Assembly: GCA_025937815.1 (NCBI GenBank)
Contig: JAICQP010000001.1
Span: 3,891-67,890 of the forward strand
Direction: 5' to 3'
DNA length: 64,000 nucleotides
From: Gemmatimonadota bacterium
GTDB taxonomy: Bacteria; Gemmatimonadota; Gemmatimonadetes; JACCXV01; JAHWKZ01
Positions within the stretch are counted from its first letter, which is position 1; each line of letters opens with the position of its first letter. The notes below the pieces were generated by a model. It saw nothing but the letters and a program-made list of their open reading frames with translations, made no database searches and was not told where the DNA came from. Positions 8,904 to 18,213 of this stretch are shown piece by piece. The position numbers and the translations under genes are program-made.

Positions 8904-10772
8904 ATGACGACGCCCGATTGCATCCGGAACTTGGCGATTATCGCCCACATCGACCACGGGAAGACCACGCTCATCGACGCGGTCTTCAAGGCGGCCCACG
9001 TCTTCCGGGACGGGGCCGAGGTGACCGAGCGCGTCATGGACTCGGGCGATCTCGAGCGCGAGCGGGGGATCACGATCCGCTCCAAGCACTGCACGGTGGA
9101 GTGGGAAGGGCACCGGATCAACATCGTGGATACTCCCGGCCACGCGGACTTCAGCGGGGAGGTCGAGCGGGTGCTCTCCATGGTCGACGGCGCGCTCCTC
9201 CTGGTGGACGCCAACGAGGGCCCGATGCCACAGACCCGCTACGTCCTCATGCGGGCGCTGAAGCGCGGCCTCAGGCCGATCGTGCTCCTCAACAAGGTCG
9301 ACCGGCCGAACGCCGATCCGGAGAAGGCCCTTCACGAGACCTTCGACCTGTTCCTCGAGCTCGGGGCGAGCGACGAGCAGGCGGATTTTCCGGTCCTCTA
9401 CGGTTCCGGTCTGGCGGGATGGTTCGTTCGCGACCTGGACAAGGACGCGCGCGACGGGATGGCGCCTCTGTTCGAGACGATCGTCCAGAGTGTCCCGGCC
9501 CCGGACGCCGTGATCGATGCCCCGTTCCGGATGCAGGTCTCGACCCTCGCCTGGAGCGATTACCTGGGCCGGATCGGCTGCGGTCGCGTGCTCCAGGGCG
9601 TGCACCGGCGGGGGGAGCAACTCATCCGCCGTACGTCACGCTGGATCGACCGGGAGGCGGGGTCATGGGAGATCACCGGGCGCGATCCCGCGACCTCCAG
9701 CCGTCTCTGGGTGACGCGCGGGATCGAGCGCGAAGAGGTCGACGAGGTCACGGCGGGCGACATCGTCTGGATTGCGGGCTTCGAGGAGCTGGGGGTCGGC
9801 GATACGATCGGGGCGCCAGATGCGCCGGACGAGGCCCTCCCGCCGCTCGAGATCGAGGAGCCGACGGTCTCGATGCTGTTCCTGGTGAACAGCGGTCCGT
9901 TCGCGGGTAGCGACGGGAAGGCTGTGACCCTGCGCCAGATCCGCGATCGGCTTGCGCGCGAGGAGCGCGTGAACGTGGCGCTCCGGGTCGAGGACATCGG
10001 GCGCTCTGACGGCGTCAAGGTGTCCGGACGCGGGGAGCTCCATCTCGCGATCCTGATCGAGGAGATGCGGCGCGAGGGGATGGAGCTCTGCGTCTCCCGA
10101 CCCGAGGTCATCCTTCACGAAGGGAAGGATGGCTCGGTCGAAGAGCCTCTGGAACAGCTCGTGATCCACGTGCCCGAGGAGCAGCAGGGCGCGGTATTCG
10201 AGAAGCTCGCCCGGCGGAAGGCGGAGCTCACCGCCGTGCACAACGCGGGCACGGGTCTCGTGCGCCTCGAGTACGTGATCCCGACCCGCGGACTGATCGG
10301 CTACCGGAGCGAGTTCCTGACCGACACTCGGGGACTCGGGATCATGACCTCGCGGGTCGTGGGATACGGTCCTTGGCGCGGCGAGGTCGAGCACCGCGAG
10401 CGGGGCGCCATGGTGAGCCTCGACATGGGTCCCGCGACCTCGTATGCGCTCGAGAACCTGCAGCAGCGGGGCACGCTGTTCGTGGGCCCGATGGAGCGCG
10501 TGTACGCGGGCATGATCGTGGGGGAGAGCGCTCGGCCCGGCGATCTGCCGTGCAATCCGACCAAGCGCAAGCAGGTGACGAATCACCGCTCTGCCACGCG
10601 CGAGGTCGACACCGGCCTCAAGGCCGCCCGGCGTCAGACCCTCGACGCCGCGCTCGAATGGATCGCCGAAGACGAGCTGGTCGAGGTGACGCCCGAGTCC
10701 GTGCGTGTACGGAAAGCCGTTCTCGACGCGACCGAGCGCAAGCGTATCGAGAGACGCCTGGCCGCGCTCTAA
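8904..10772 (+). CDS. typA: translational GTPase TypA/BipA
   Basis: N-terminus [30 protein letters not shown] GTPase motifs and TypA-like length (622 aa). Confidence 0.9.
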   Translation: MTTPDCIRNLAIIAHIDHGKTTLIDAVFKAAHVFRDGAEVTERVMDSGDLERERGITIRSKHCTVEWEGHRINIVDTPGHADFSGEVERVLSMVDGALLLVDANEGPMPQTRYVLMRALKRGLRPIVLLNKVDRPNADPEKALHETFDLFLELGASDEQADFPVLYGSGLAGWFVRDLDKDARDGMAPLFETIVQSVPAPDAVIDAPFRMQVSTLAWSDYLGRIGCGRVLQGVHRRGEQLIRRTSRWIDREAGSWEITGRDPATSSRLWVTRGIEREEVDEVTAGDIVWIAGFEELGVGDTIGAPDAPDEALPPLEIEEPTVSMLFLVNSGPFAGSDGKAVTLRQIRDRLAREERVNVALRVEDIGRSDGVKVSGRGELHLAILIEEMRREGMELCVSRPEVILHEGKDGSVEEPLEQLVIHVPEEQQGAVFEKLARRKAELTAVHNAGTGLVRLEYVIPTRGLIGYRSEFLTDTRGLGIMTSRVVGYGPWRGEVEHRERGAMVSLDMGPATSYALENLQQRGTLFVGPMERVYAGMIVGESARPGDLPCNPTKRKQVTNHRSATREVDTGLKAARRQTLDAALEWIAEDELVEVTPESVRVRKAVLDATERKRIERRLAAL

Positions 10773-10788
10773 CGTATCTTTCCGGCGC

Positions 10789-10866
10789 GCCCCGGTAGCT
10801 CAGTTGGACTAGAGCAGCGGCCTTCTAAGCCGCGGGTCGGGGGTTCGAATCCTCCCCGGGGCGCCA
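10789..10866 (+). tRNA. tRNA-Arg (anticodon TCT)
   Basis: Acceptor GCCCCGG/CCGGGGC, D-arm GCTC-AGTTGGACTA-GAGC, anticodon loop CTTCTAA, T-loop TTCGAAT, CCA encoded. Confidence 0.8.
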
Positions 10867-10899
10867 TGCATGGCCGGGCGGTAGATTCGCATCTCACGT

Positions 10900-10977
10900 G
10901 GTGGGCGTAGCTCAGCTGGTTAGAGCACCAGGTTGTGGCCCTGGGGGTCGGGGGTTCGAGTCCCCTCGCTCACCCCA
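10900..10977 (+). tRNA. tRNA-His (anticodon GTG)
   Basis: Extra 5' G (G-1), anticodon loop TTGTGGC, T-loop TTCGAGT, CCA encoded. Confidence 0.8.
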
Positions 10978-11086
10978 CCTTCGCCAAGGCGGCCGGCGAG
11001 CCAGCCGGCCGCTTCGCGCGTTTGTGCCGGAGAACGCGCGCCGATATATTCCGCACGCCGCATCTCGCGGTCCCACCCCGGCTCGT

Positions 11087-11162
<76 letters not shown>

Positions 11163-11370
11163 GCTTCCAGGAACAGACGATTGCCACGGTCCGAAATGGA
11201 TTTGTGGTAAATGCCTGATCGGCTGTTGGCTGAATCAAGGTGGCAATACGGGGGCCAAAGAGTGGTAATGCGGTTCCAAAGAAATGCCCGCGGAGCTATT
11301 GAGGATGGATCCCCCGCCAGGGTAGAGTCTGACATCTGTAAAGAAGAGGACTTTCATGGAAGGAGGGTCT

Positions 11371-11526
11371 GTGGAGAAGAAGCCTTACGCACCTCCGAGG
11401 GTCTTTGATCTCGGCACGGTCAGAGATCTCACTCATTCCACTGCCGAGGAAGACAAGTGCAGCGGGAGCGGTGACATCCGCACCGTGCAACAGATCAGCC
11501 CGAACTACAGCTTCGACTGCCCGTAA
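11371..11526 (+). CDS. small Cys-containing peptide, paralog 1 (candidate RiPP precursor / secreted peptide)
   Basis: 51 codons from GTG 11371 (GGAAGGAGGG RBS); an in-frame ATG at 11356 would add 5 aa. Product (M)EKKPYAPPRVFDLGTVRDLTHSTAEEDKCSGSGDIRTVQQISPNYSFDCP; three near-identical paralogs nearby; terminator hairpin downstream. Confidence 0.65.
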   Translation: MEKKPYAPPRVFDLGTVRDLTHSTAEEDKCSGSGDIRTVQQISPNYSFDCP

Positions 11527-11560
11527 GGCAAGACGAACGGCGCTTTGGAAATGATGACAT

Positions 11561-11594
11561 GAGCCGGGGCGAAAGTCCCGGCTCAGTTATTTCC
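11561..11594 (+). terminator. rho-independent terminator after peptide paralog 1
   Basis: GAGCCGGGGC-GAAAGT-CCCGGCTC hairpin followed by AGTTATTTCC. Confidence 0.6.
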
Positions 11595-11741
11595 TGTCCT
11601 CACTGACGGCGCCCACCTGAGCGGCAATTTTTTAAACGTTCGAGTTAGCCACCTTACAAAGACATACGATTTTCATACCCGTAATCGCCCCCGATATATG
11701 GATGATTTCCTAGGGTATGGTACACTCAAGGAACTGAGGTA

Positions 11742-11781
11742 CCACGGCGTGGAAGCAGGCTTCCCACGGCGTGGAAGCAGG
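11742..11781 (+). promoter_or_regulatory. tandem 18-bp direct repeat, each with 11-bp palindrome CCACGGCGTGG (candidate operator), downstream of a TGgTACACT extended -10-like element
   Basis: CCACGGCGTGGAAGCAGG at 11742-11759 and 11764-11781 (22-bp register), ~40 nt upstream of paralog 2 start; -10-like ATGGTACACTC at ~11716-11726. Confidence 0.45.
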
Positions 11782-11822
11782 AGGACCGGTAAGCAAACCA
11801 TCAACTCGACGGAAGGCTGGCA

Positions 11823-11978
11823 ATGGAGAAGAAGCAGTACGTGACCCCCAAGGTTCTTGAACTTGGTACCGTGAAACAGCTCACCGAAACCACTCCGGAA
11901 GCCGACAAGTGTAGCGGCAGCGGCGACGTGCGAACCGTCCAGGAGCTGAGCCCCAACTACAGCACCGACTGCCCGTAA
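11823..11978 (+). CDS. small Cys-containing peptide, paralog 2
   Basis: ATG start with GGAAGG RBS; product MEKKQYVTPKVLELGTVKQLTETTPEADKCSGSGDVRTVQELSPNYSTDCP (51 aa). Confidence 0.65.
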   Translation: MEKKQYVTPKVLELGTVKQLTETTPEADKCSGSGDVRTVQELSPNYSTDCP

Positions 11979-12009
11979 TCCGGGCCGAACTCCCTATGTT
12001 GGATGGATG

Positions 12010-12043
12010 GAGCCGGAACGAAAGTTCCGGCTCTTCCATTTCC
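12010..12043 (+). terminator. rho-independent terminator after paralog 2
   Basis: GAGCCGGAAC-GAAA-GTTCCGGCTC hairpin then TTCCATTTCC. Confidence 0.6.
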
Positions 12044-12290
12044 AGGCCCCGTCCTTCTCCATGACGATCATGACCCACATGCTGCGGAAACTTCTACAAC
12101 CTTCAGGAAGCCATGGCATCTGTCTTGACGTAGGCGGAAGGCGGTCGCGAACGGCACCTCGCGGCTCTCGCGCGGCCGAATTCTCCACGAACTTCCGATG
12201 GGTGTTGGCCGCCTTTAGGTCTCTAGTGCATCATGATTCCGGTTCTTCGACGGCTGCGGCCATCCCCGTGGCAATCCGGCGATTGGTGAC

Positions 12291-12328
12291 TTGAAAGCGA
12301 AACGAGCCGGGAGATTTCTCCCGGCTCG
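12291..12328 (-). terminator. rho-independent terminator after paralog 3 (minus strand)
   Basis: CGAGCCGGG-AGAAATCT-CCCGGCTCG hairpin followed on minus strand by TTTCGCTTTCAA. Confidence 0.55.
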
Positions 12329-12359
12329 TTCGGATACCGTTCCTGTGTGCAGTGTCGGG

Positions 12360-12515
12360 CTACGGGCAGTCGGTGCTGTAGTTGGGGCTCAGCTCCTGAA
12401 CCGTCCGCACGTCTCCGCTGCCGCTGCACTTGTCGTTCTCCGGCGTCGTCTCGGTGAGCTCCTTGACGGAGCCCAGCTCCACGACCTTCGGGGTTTCGTA
12501 CGGCTTCCTGCTCAT
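12360..12515 (-). CDS. small Cys-containing peptide, paralog 3
   Basis: C-terminal 51 codons of six-frame ORF 12360..12668; ATG with GGAGGAG RBS; product MSRKPYETPKVVELGSVKELTETTPENDKCSGSGDVRTVQELSPNYSTDCP. Confidence 0.65.
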   Translation of the reverse strand: MSRKPYETPKVVELGSVKELTETTPENDKCSGSGDVRTVQELSPNYSTDCP

Positions 12516-12677
12516 CCGCTCCTCCTCACCTCGGGACCTCGCGTTACTTGCCGTGGAACCACTGTGCCAGAGTGTACCATGAGCAGCGGACGCTCTCAAT
12601 GTCTCCGGGGCCGTTTCGGGTATGGAAATCGTCTGATTCGATGAGCGAATGCGAAACGCCGAGGCCAAAGTGAGGCG

Positions 12678-12713
12678 CCCGAAACGACGGAGCCGGGGCG
12701 TTGGCCCCGGCTC
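12678..12713 (-). terminator. rho-independent terminator after paralog 4 (minus strand)
   Basis: GAGCCGGGGC-CAACG-CCCCGGCTC hairpin followed on minus strand by CGTCGTTTCGGG. Confidence 0.5.
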
Positions 12714-12743
12714 AGGTCGTCATCCGGACTGCGTGCTCTTCGC

Positions 12744-12899
12744 CTACGGGCAGTCCGTGCTATAGTTCGGGCTTATCTGTTGCACGGTGCGGACGTCACC
12801 GCTGCCGCTGCACTTGTCTTCCTCGGCCGTCGTCCGGGTGAGCTCTCTCACCTTGCCGAGGTCGAATACCCTGGGAGCTACGTAAGGCTTCCTGCTCAT
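12744..12899 (-). CDS. small Cys-containing peptide, paralog 4
   Basis: Terminal 51 codons of long shadow ORF 12744..14093; ATG with GGGAGGGG RBS; product MSRKPYVAPRVFDLGKVRELTRTTAEEDKCSGSGDVRTVQQISPNYSTDCP. Confidence 0.65.
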   Translation of the reverse strand: MSRKPYVAPRVFDLGKVRELTRTTAEEDKCSGSGDVRTVQQISPNYSTDCP

Positions 12900-13103
12900 C
12901 ACCACCCCTCCCTTCTGGGATCTGGAGTATCGTCGGACCCCAGTGTACGGGACGCCGGTAGGGAACATCAATGGCATGGAGGTATGGAAAACTATTGAAG
13001 CTGGCGCGTTCCTTGTACGGCATGAGACAAATGACCGAAGATTGCCCGGCGATCGACCGCATGGAGTCGCAGTTGCACGCCAGCCCGCGTAGATTCGGCT
13101 CCG

Positions 13104-14087
13104 ATGAGCGAGGTGGGGGAGGCACGGTCGGGGCAGGTGGCGGGAGCGGAGGTCGCGACCCGGGCGGGATTCGTGGCGCTCGTGGGGCGGCCCAACGCGG
13201 GCAAGTCCACGCTCCTGAACGCCCTGGTTGGCGAGCATCTGGCAGCCGTCAGCCACAAGGCCCAGACGACACGGCACCGGATCCCCGGGTTCCTCACCGA
13301 CGACTCCACCCAGTACGTCTTCGTCGACACTCCCGGCTTTCTCGATCCCGCCTACCCGCTGCAGCAGAGCATGCTCGACACCGCCCTTTCCGCGCTGGAG
13401 GGGGTCGATGTCGTGTGCTGGCTGGTCGACCACGACGAGCCGTCCGAGCGTGAGGAGGAGCTGCTGCGCGACCTGGCGGGGCGCCGACTGAACGGCGGTC
13501 GCGCGTCCCGAAGCACGGCGGGAGATACTCTGCCGCTGATCCTGCTCCTGACGAAGAGCGACCAGGTGCCGGTCGCGAAGCTCGATGCTCGCGAGCGGAC
13601 GTGGGGAAAGCTGGATGTCTGGGCGGGCAGTTTCCGGCTGAGCGCCGTGACGAGAGAGGGGCTCCCGGAGCTCCTCGCCGGTCTGCGCGAGCGGCTCCCC
13701 GAGCAGCCGTTTTTCTACGACCCCGAGGACCTCACGGACCTGAACCTGCGCTTCATCGCGGGCGAGATGGTGCGGGAGGCTTGCTACGAAGAGCTGGGCG
13801 CCGAGCTTCCGTACAGCGTCCATGTCGAGGTAACGGACTGGCGTGAGGCCGCTGGCGAAGGGGACAAGACCCTGATCCGCGCAACCGTGTACGTGGAGCG
13901 CGAGAGCCAGAAGGGAATCGTGATCGGGGCGGGCGGAAAGAAGCTCTCGGATATCGGTCGCCGGTCCCGGGCCTCGATCGAGGCGCTCATCGGGGGGCCG
14001 GTGTTCCTCGAGCTTCGAGTCAAGGTCCGCCCGAAATGGTCGCGGCGCGACCGCGACCTCCAGCACTTTGGTTACAAACGCAAGTAA
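13104..14087 (+). CDS. era: GTPase Era
   Basis: GFVALVGRPNAGKSTLLNAL, DTPG, TKSD GTPase motifs plus C-terminal KH-domain region; start may be one of two nearby in-frame GTGs. Confidence 0.85.
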   Translation: MSEVGEARSGQVAGAEVATRAGFVALVGRPNAGKSTLLNALVGEHLAAVSHKAQTTRHRIPGFLTDDSTQYVFVDTPGFLDPAYPLQQSMLDTALSALEGVDVVCWLVDHDEPSEREEELLRDLAGRRLNGGRASRSTAGDTLPLILLLTKSDQVPVAKLDARERTWGKLDVWAGSFRLSAVTREGLPELLAGLRERLPEQPFFYDPEDLTDLNLRFIAGEMVREACYEELGAELPYSVHVEVTDWREAAGEGDKTLIRATVYVERESQKGIVIGAGGKKLSDIGRRSRASIEALIGGPVFLELRVKVRPKWSRRDRDLQHFGYKRK

Positions 14088-14111
14088 TGTCAACTACTAC
14101 AAGGAGTTAGC

Positions 14112-14279
14112 ATGGCTTTGGACAAGGAGCTTCTGGAGATACTGGCGTGCCCGAAGTGCAAGGGCGACCTGACCTACAAGGAGAAGGAGCAGGTGCTGGA
14201 ATGCCCGGCGTGTCGCCTCCGGTACCCCATCAAGGACGACATTCCGATCATGCTGATCGATGAGGCGGAATCGTTTTGA
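14112..14279 (+). CDS. Trm112-family small zinc-ribbon-like protein (UPF0434)
   Basis: 55-aa product MALDKELLEILACPKCKGDL...LECPACRLRYPIKDDIPIMLIDEAESF; AAGGAG RBS at 14101. Confidence 0.7.
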   Translation: MALDKELLEILACPKCKGDLTYKEKEQVLECPACRLRYPIKDDIPIMLIDEAESF

Positions 14280-16426
14280 GCCCGTCTCTCGAGGAGCGCA
14301 TTCTCGAATACCTGGCCCGGTCTCAGCGACCGCTCAAGCTCAAGGAGATCGCACGGGGTGTCGACGTCGGGGAGGAGGGATACCCCGATCTGAAGCAGGC
14401 CCTCGCCCGCCTGACCGAAGAGGGGAGGGTCTACCGGACCAAGCCCCAGCGCTATGCGCTGCCGGAGCAGATCAACCTGGTGGTGGGAACTCTCGACGCC
14501 ACGCGCAGAGGCGCGGGCTTCGTCGTACCCGAGAAGAAGAAGGTGGGGGATGCGGACACGTTCATTCCGCCCCACAAGCTGGGAGGCGCGGTCCATGGCG
14601 ACCGCGTGGTGGCACGGGTCGAAGGCCGGCGAGGCCGCGACAACCCGGAGGGAAGGATCATCCAGATACTGGAGCGCGCCCACACCCAGATCGTCGGCAC
14701 ACTCCAGCGCGGGAAGCGGTTCGGCTTCGTGGTCCCCGACAATACGCGCCTCGGCTTCGACGTCTACGTCCCCGAGGAGGACCTGAAGCAGGCGGAAGAA
14801 GGACAGAAGGTCGTGGTGTCGATCGAGGACTGGGGGGACGGCACCAAGAGCCCCGAAGGTCGCGTGGTCGAGGTTCTCGGAGACCCCGACGCGCCGGGTG
14901 TCGACATCCTGTCCATCATCCGGAGCCACGAGCTAGACCCCGAGTTCCCCCCGGACGTCGAGAAGAGCGCGCGCGCGATAGAAGCCGATTTCGAAGCCGA
15001 GGCCCGCCGACGGCTGGATCTTCGCGAGAAGCTCGTCTTCACGATCGACCCGCACGACGCCAAGGACTTCGACGACGCCCTCTCGATCGAGCGGAAGGGC
15101 GACGATCTGTTCGAGATCGGCATCCACATCGCCGACGTCAGTCATTACGTGAAGGAAGGTAGCCCGATCGACGAGGAGGCGTTCGAGCGCGGCACCTCGG
15201 TCTACCTCGTCGACCGGGTGATCCCCATGCTCCCGGAGCACCTGTCCAACGGCCTCTGCTCGCTGAAGCCCGACGAGGATCGGCTCACGTACTCGGTCAT
15301 CGCGACCATGGACAGCCAGGGCAACGTCCGGGAGAGCAGCTTCCACGAGAGCGTGATCAGGAGCCGCTACCGACTGACCTACCAGGAGGCCCAGGACCTG
15401 ATCGACAGCAAGCCTTCCAGAGACGAGCTCAAGCCCTTGCTGTCCCCCCTGCAGACGCTGCGTCGCCTGGCCAAGGTCCTGCGCCAGAAGCGCGCCGCCC
15501 GCGGCAGCCTCGACTTCGACCTGCCCGAGGCGCGGGTTGAGTTGGACGAGGAAGGGTTTCCGATCGACATCCAGGAGTCCGTGCGGCTGGACAGCATGCG
15601 CCTGATCGAGGAGTTCATGCTACTGGCCAACGAGACCGTGGCGCGGCACGCCACGCGCCTGAAGGTGCCCTTCATCTATCGGGTCCACGACCGCCCGGCC
15701 CCCGAGAAAATCGATCAGATCCGCGGTTTCGTGGCCGCGCTTGGCTACCAGCTTCCCAGGCCGAAGCAGGGGAAGATCGACCCGCGGGTGTTCGCCGAGA
15801 TCATCGATCAGGCGCGGGGCAAGCGCGAGGAGGAGTTGATCAACACCGTGATCCTCCGGTCCATGAAGCAGGCCCGGTATCAAGTGGACAACCTGGGGCA
15901 CTTCGGACTGGCCGCCAGCGACTACACGCATTTCACATCCCCGATCCGGCGGTATCCGGACCTCGAGGTCCATCGCCTTCTTAAGCGCATCCAGGCGGGC
16001 GAGCGCTGGAAGGACGATCGAGACGGGCAAACCGCGAGGCTGGAGCGGATCGCGGACCACTCCTCCGTGGAAGAGCGCAACGCGGTCGACGCCGAGCGAG
16101 ACTCGATCGACCTGAAGAAGGTGGAGTTCATGGAGCGCCACCTCGGCGACGAGTTCGACGGGACGATCAGCGGCGTCACATCCTTCGGCATGTTCGTGCG
16201 GCTGGACCGCTACTTCGTGGAGGGGCTGATCCACATGCATGACATGTCCGACGATTATTACGAGTTCCACGAAGACAAGTACGCGCTCCTCGGGCGCAAC
16301 ACGGGGCGGCGGTTCCGTCTGGCGGACCCGGTTCGCGTACGGGTCGAGTCGGTCGACAAGGAGCGGCGCCAGATCGACTTCGTCCTGATCGAGAAAGAGG
16401 CGAAGCGCGAGAAAGCGCGCGCGTAG
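14276..16426 (+). CDS. rnr: ribonuclease R
   Basis: N-terminal HTH/cold-shock-like region, RNB catalytic core pattern (TIDPHDAKDFDDALS...), C-terminal S1 domain; TTG start overlapping upstream stop. Confidence 0.85.
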   Translation: MSPSLEERILEYLARSQRPLKLKEIARGVDVGEEGYPDLKQALARLTEEGRVYRTKPQRYALPEQINLVVGTLDATRRGAGFVVPEKKKVGDADTFIPPHKLGGAVHGDRVVARVEGRRGRDNPEGRIIQILERAHTQIVGTLQRGKRFGFVVPDNTRLGFDVYVPEEDLKQAEEGQKVVVSIEDWGDGTKSPEGRVVEVLGDPDAPGVDILSIIRSHELDPEFPPDVEKSARAIEADFEAEARRRLDLREKLVFTIDPHDAKDFDDALSIERKGDDLFEIGIHIADVSHYVKEGSPIDEEAFERGTSVYLVDRVIPMLPEHLSNGLCSLKPDEDRLTYSVIATMDSQGNVRESSFHESVIRSRYRLTYQEAQDLIDSKPSRDELKPLLSPLQTLRRLAKVLRQKRAARGSLDFDLPEARVELDEEGFPIDIQESVRLDSMRLIEEFMLLANETVARHATRLKVPFIYRVHDRPAPEKIDQIRGFVAALGYQLPRPKQGKIDPRVFAEIIDQARGKREEELINTVILRSMKQARYQVDNLGHFGLAASDYTHFTSPIRRYPDLEVHRLLKRIQAGERWKDDRDGQTARLERIADHSSVEERNAVDAERDSIDLKKVEFMERHLGDEFDGTISGVTSFGMFVRLDRYFVEGLIHMHDMSDDYYEFHEDKYALLGRNTGRRFRLADPVRVRVESVDKERRQIDFVLIEKEAKREKARA

Positions 16427-16515
16427 CTGGCCTCAGTGTATGGGGCCGGCTTGACTTCCCACGCGTGCCATGGTATGAGAAGGCGAACCGTACGGACCTC
16501 ACAAGGAGGGGGATC

Positions 16516-16716
16516 ATGGCGAACGGTCAAGGTGGTGGAGGTGGGAACGGGGGTGTGTACGCGATCCTGATCATCATCGTGATTCTCATCCTCGCGGCGG
16601 TGCTCTACATGAGCGGCGCATTCGGTGGAGGGGATGACGCGACGGACATCAACGCCGACGTGAACATCGAGAACCCGGTGGGCGACGGGGGTGGCGGAGG
16701 CGGCGGAAACGAGTAG
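16516..16716 (+). CDS. small Gly-rich single-pass membrane protein (hypothetical)
   Basis: AGGAGGGGG RBS then ATG; MANGQGGGGGNGGVYAILIIIVILILAAVLYMSGAFGGGDD...GDGGGGGGGNE: poly-Gly termini flanking one TM helix. Confidence 0.45.
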   Translation: MANGQGGGGGNGGVYAILIIIVILILAAVLYMSGAFGGGDDATDINADVNIENPVGDGGGGGGGNE

Positions 16717-16779
16717 CCGCGCCGGCAGGTCGAACGAAACGAGCGGCGGGGGGATGAAGATCCTCCCGCCGCTTCTGCT

Positions 16780-18213
16780 TCAGGCGACTGGCGCTTCGAC
16801 CGGCGAATGCACGCGCAGCTCGGGGGTCTCGAATGCGGTCTTCTCTTCGATGCCCGGCTCGAGCGGCACGCGGTAGTTCCCGCTCATGCACGCGTCGCAG
16901 TGGTGCTCCCGCGCTCCGACAGCCCGGTACAGCCCGTCGAAGGACAGGTATCCCAGGGAATCGGCGCCGACGAACGCGGCGATCTCGGGCACCGTCATGT
17001 TCGCGGCGATCAGCTCGTCCCGGCTGGGGATGTCGATCCCGTAGTAGCACGGGTGGCGGAGTGGGGGAGAAGCGACGCGGAGGTGGACTTCGGCAGCGCC
17101 GGCGTCACGCACGAGGCCGACCAGCGCCTTGGATGTCGTGCCACGGACGATCGAGTCGTCGACGACCACCACGCGTTTCCCGCGGATCACGCTCGAGACG
17201 GGGTTGTACTTGATCTTGACCCGAAAGTCGCGGACCGCCTGTCCGGGCTGGATGAAGGTCCGTCCTATGTAGTGATTGCGGATCAGCCCGAGCTCGAAGG
17301 GGAGCCCGCTGAACTCCGCGTATCCGAGAGCCGCGGAGTTGCTGGAGTCGGGGACCGCGAACACACAGTCGGCGTCCGCGGGATGCTCGCGGGCGAGCTC
17401 GCGGCCCAGGCGCCGGCGGGCCTCGTCGACGCTCATGCCGTAGAGAGTCGAGTCGGGTCGCGCGAAGTAGATCTGCTCGAAGACACACAGGCATTCAGCG
17501 TCGGCCGGCGAGGCGCGCAGGGTCTCGTAGCTTCCGTCGAGACCGACCTTGAGGACCTCGCCGGGGCCGAGCTCGCGCTCGAGCTCGACGTCCAGGAGAT
17601 CCAGCGCGCAGCTCTCCGACGCCACCACGACAGCCCCGTCGCGGCGACCGAGGGCAAGCGGCCGGAAGCCATGCGGATCTCGCGCGGCGTAGAGTCCGTC
17701 CGGCGTCAGGATGAGGAGCGAGTAGGCGCCGGTGAGACGATCGAGCGCGTTGAGGAGCGCGCGGTCACGCGAGGCGTCGCGCTCGGCCGCGATCAGGTGG
17801 ACGACGACCTCGGTGTCCATCGTCGACTGGAAGATCGAGCCTGACCGCTCGAGCCTTCGCCTGAGCGTGCGCGCGTTGGTCAGGTTCCCGTTGTGCGCGA
17901 CGGCGAGGAAGCCGTCCCGATAGTTGACGAGGATCGGCTGCGCGTTGGCCAGCGTGGGGCTGCCGGTGGTCGAGTAGCGGTTGTGGCCGACGGCGGCGGT
18001 TCCCGGAAGCGATGCCAGCGCGTTCTCGTCGAAGGCGTCGGCCACGAGTCCCATAGCGCGATGCGCATAGGCCCGGACGCCGTCGCTCGAGACGATGCCG
18101 GACGACTCCTGGCCGCGATGCTGGAGCGCGTACAGGCCGAGGCAGGCCCACTCGGCCGCCCGTTCGGGGCCGATTACCGCGACGATTCCGCATTCTTCCC
18201 GGGGTCCGCTCAA
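16780..18213 (-). CDS. purF: amidophosphoribosyltransferase
   Basis: Short propeptide then catalytic CGIVAV, Ntn-amidotransferase plus PRTase pattern; TTG start overlapping purL stop (TTGA). Confidence 0.85.
   Translation of the reverse strand: MSGPREECGIVAVIGPERAAEWACLGLYALQHRGQESSGIVSSDGVRAYAHRAMGLVADAFDENALASLPGTAAVGHNRYSTTGSPTLANAQPILVNYRDGFLAVAHNGNLTNARTLRRRLERSGSIFQSTMDTEVVVHLIAAERDASRDRALLNALDRLTGAYSLLILTPDGLYAARDPHGFRPLALGRRDGAVVVASESCALDLLDVELERELGPGEVLKVGLDGSYETLRASPADAECLCVFEQIYFARPDSTLYGMSVDEARRRLGRELAREHPADADCVFAVPDSSNSAALGYAEFSGLPFELGLIRNHYIGRTFIQPGQAVRDFRVKIKYNPVSSVIRGKRVVVVDDSIVRGTTSKALVGLVRDAGAAEVHLRVASPPLRHPCYYGIDIPSRDELIAANMTVPEIAAFVGADSLGYLSFDGLYRAVGAREHHCDACMSGNYRVPLEPGIEEKTAFETPELRVHSPVEAPVA

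Noticed and set aside
8583-9620. 345-aa minus-strand ORF overlapping typA
   Set aside because: Antisense to a strongly supported typA; no recognisable domain; composition typical of GC-shadow frames.
12900-14093. Upstream 400 codons of the 449-aa minus-strand ORF that terminates in peptide paralog 4
   Set aside because: Only the last 51 codons (with own RBS/ATG) match the paralog family; the rest is antisense to era and low complexity.
16516-16716. Poly-G codon runs (GGTGGTGGAGG..., GGGGGTGGCGGAGGCGGCGG) considered as possible CRISPR/tandem repeat
   Set aside because: They are in-frame Gly codons of a small ORF, not spaced direct repeats; no CRISPR array anywhere in the window.
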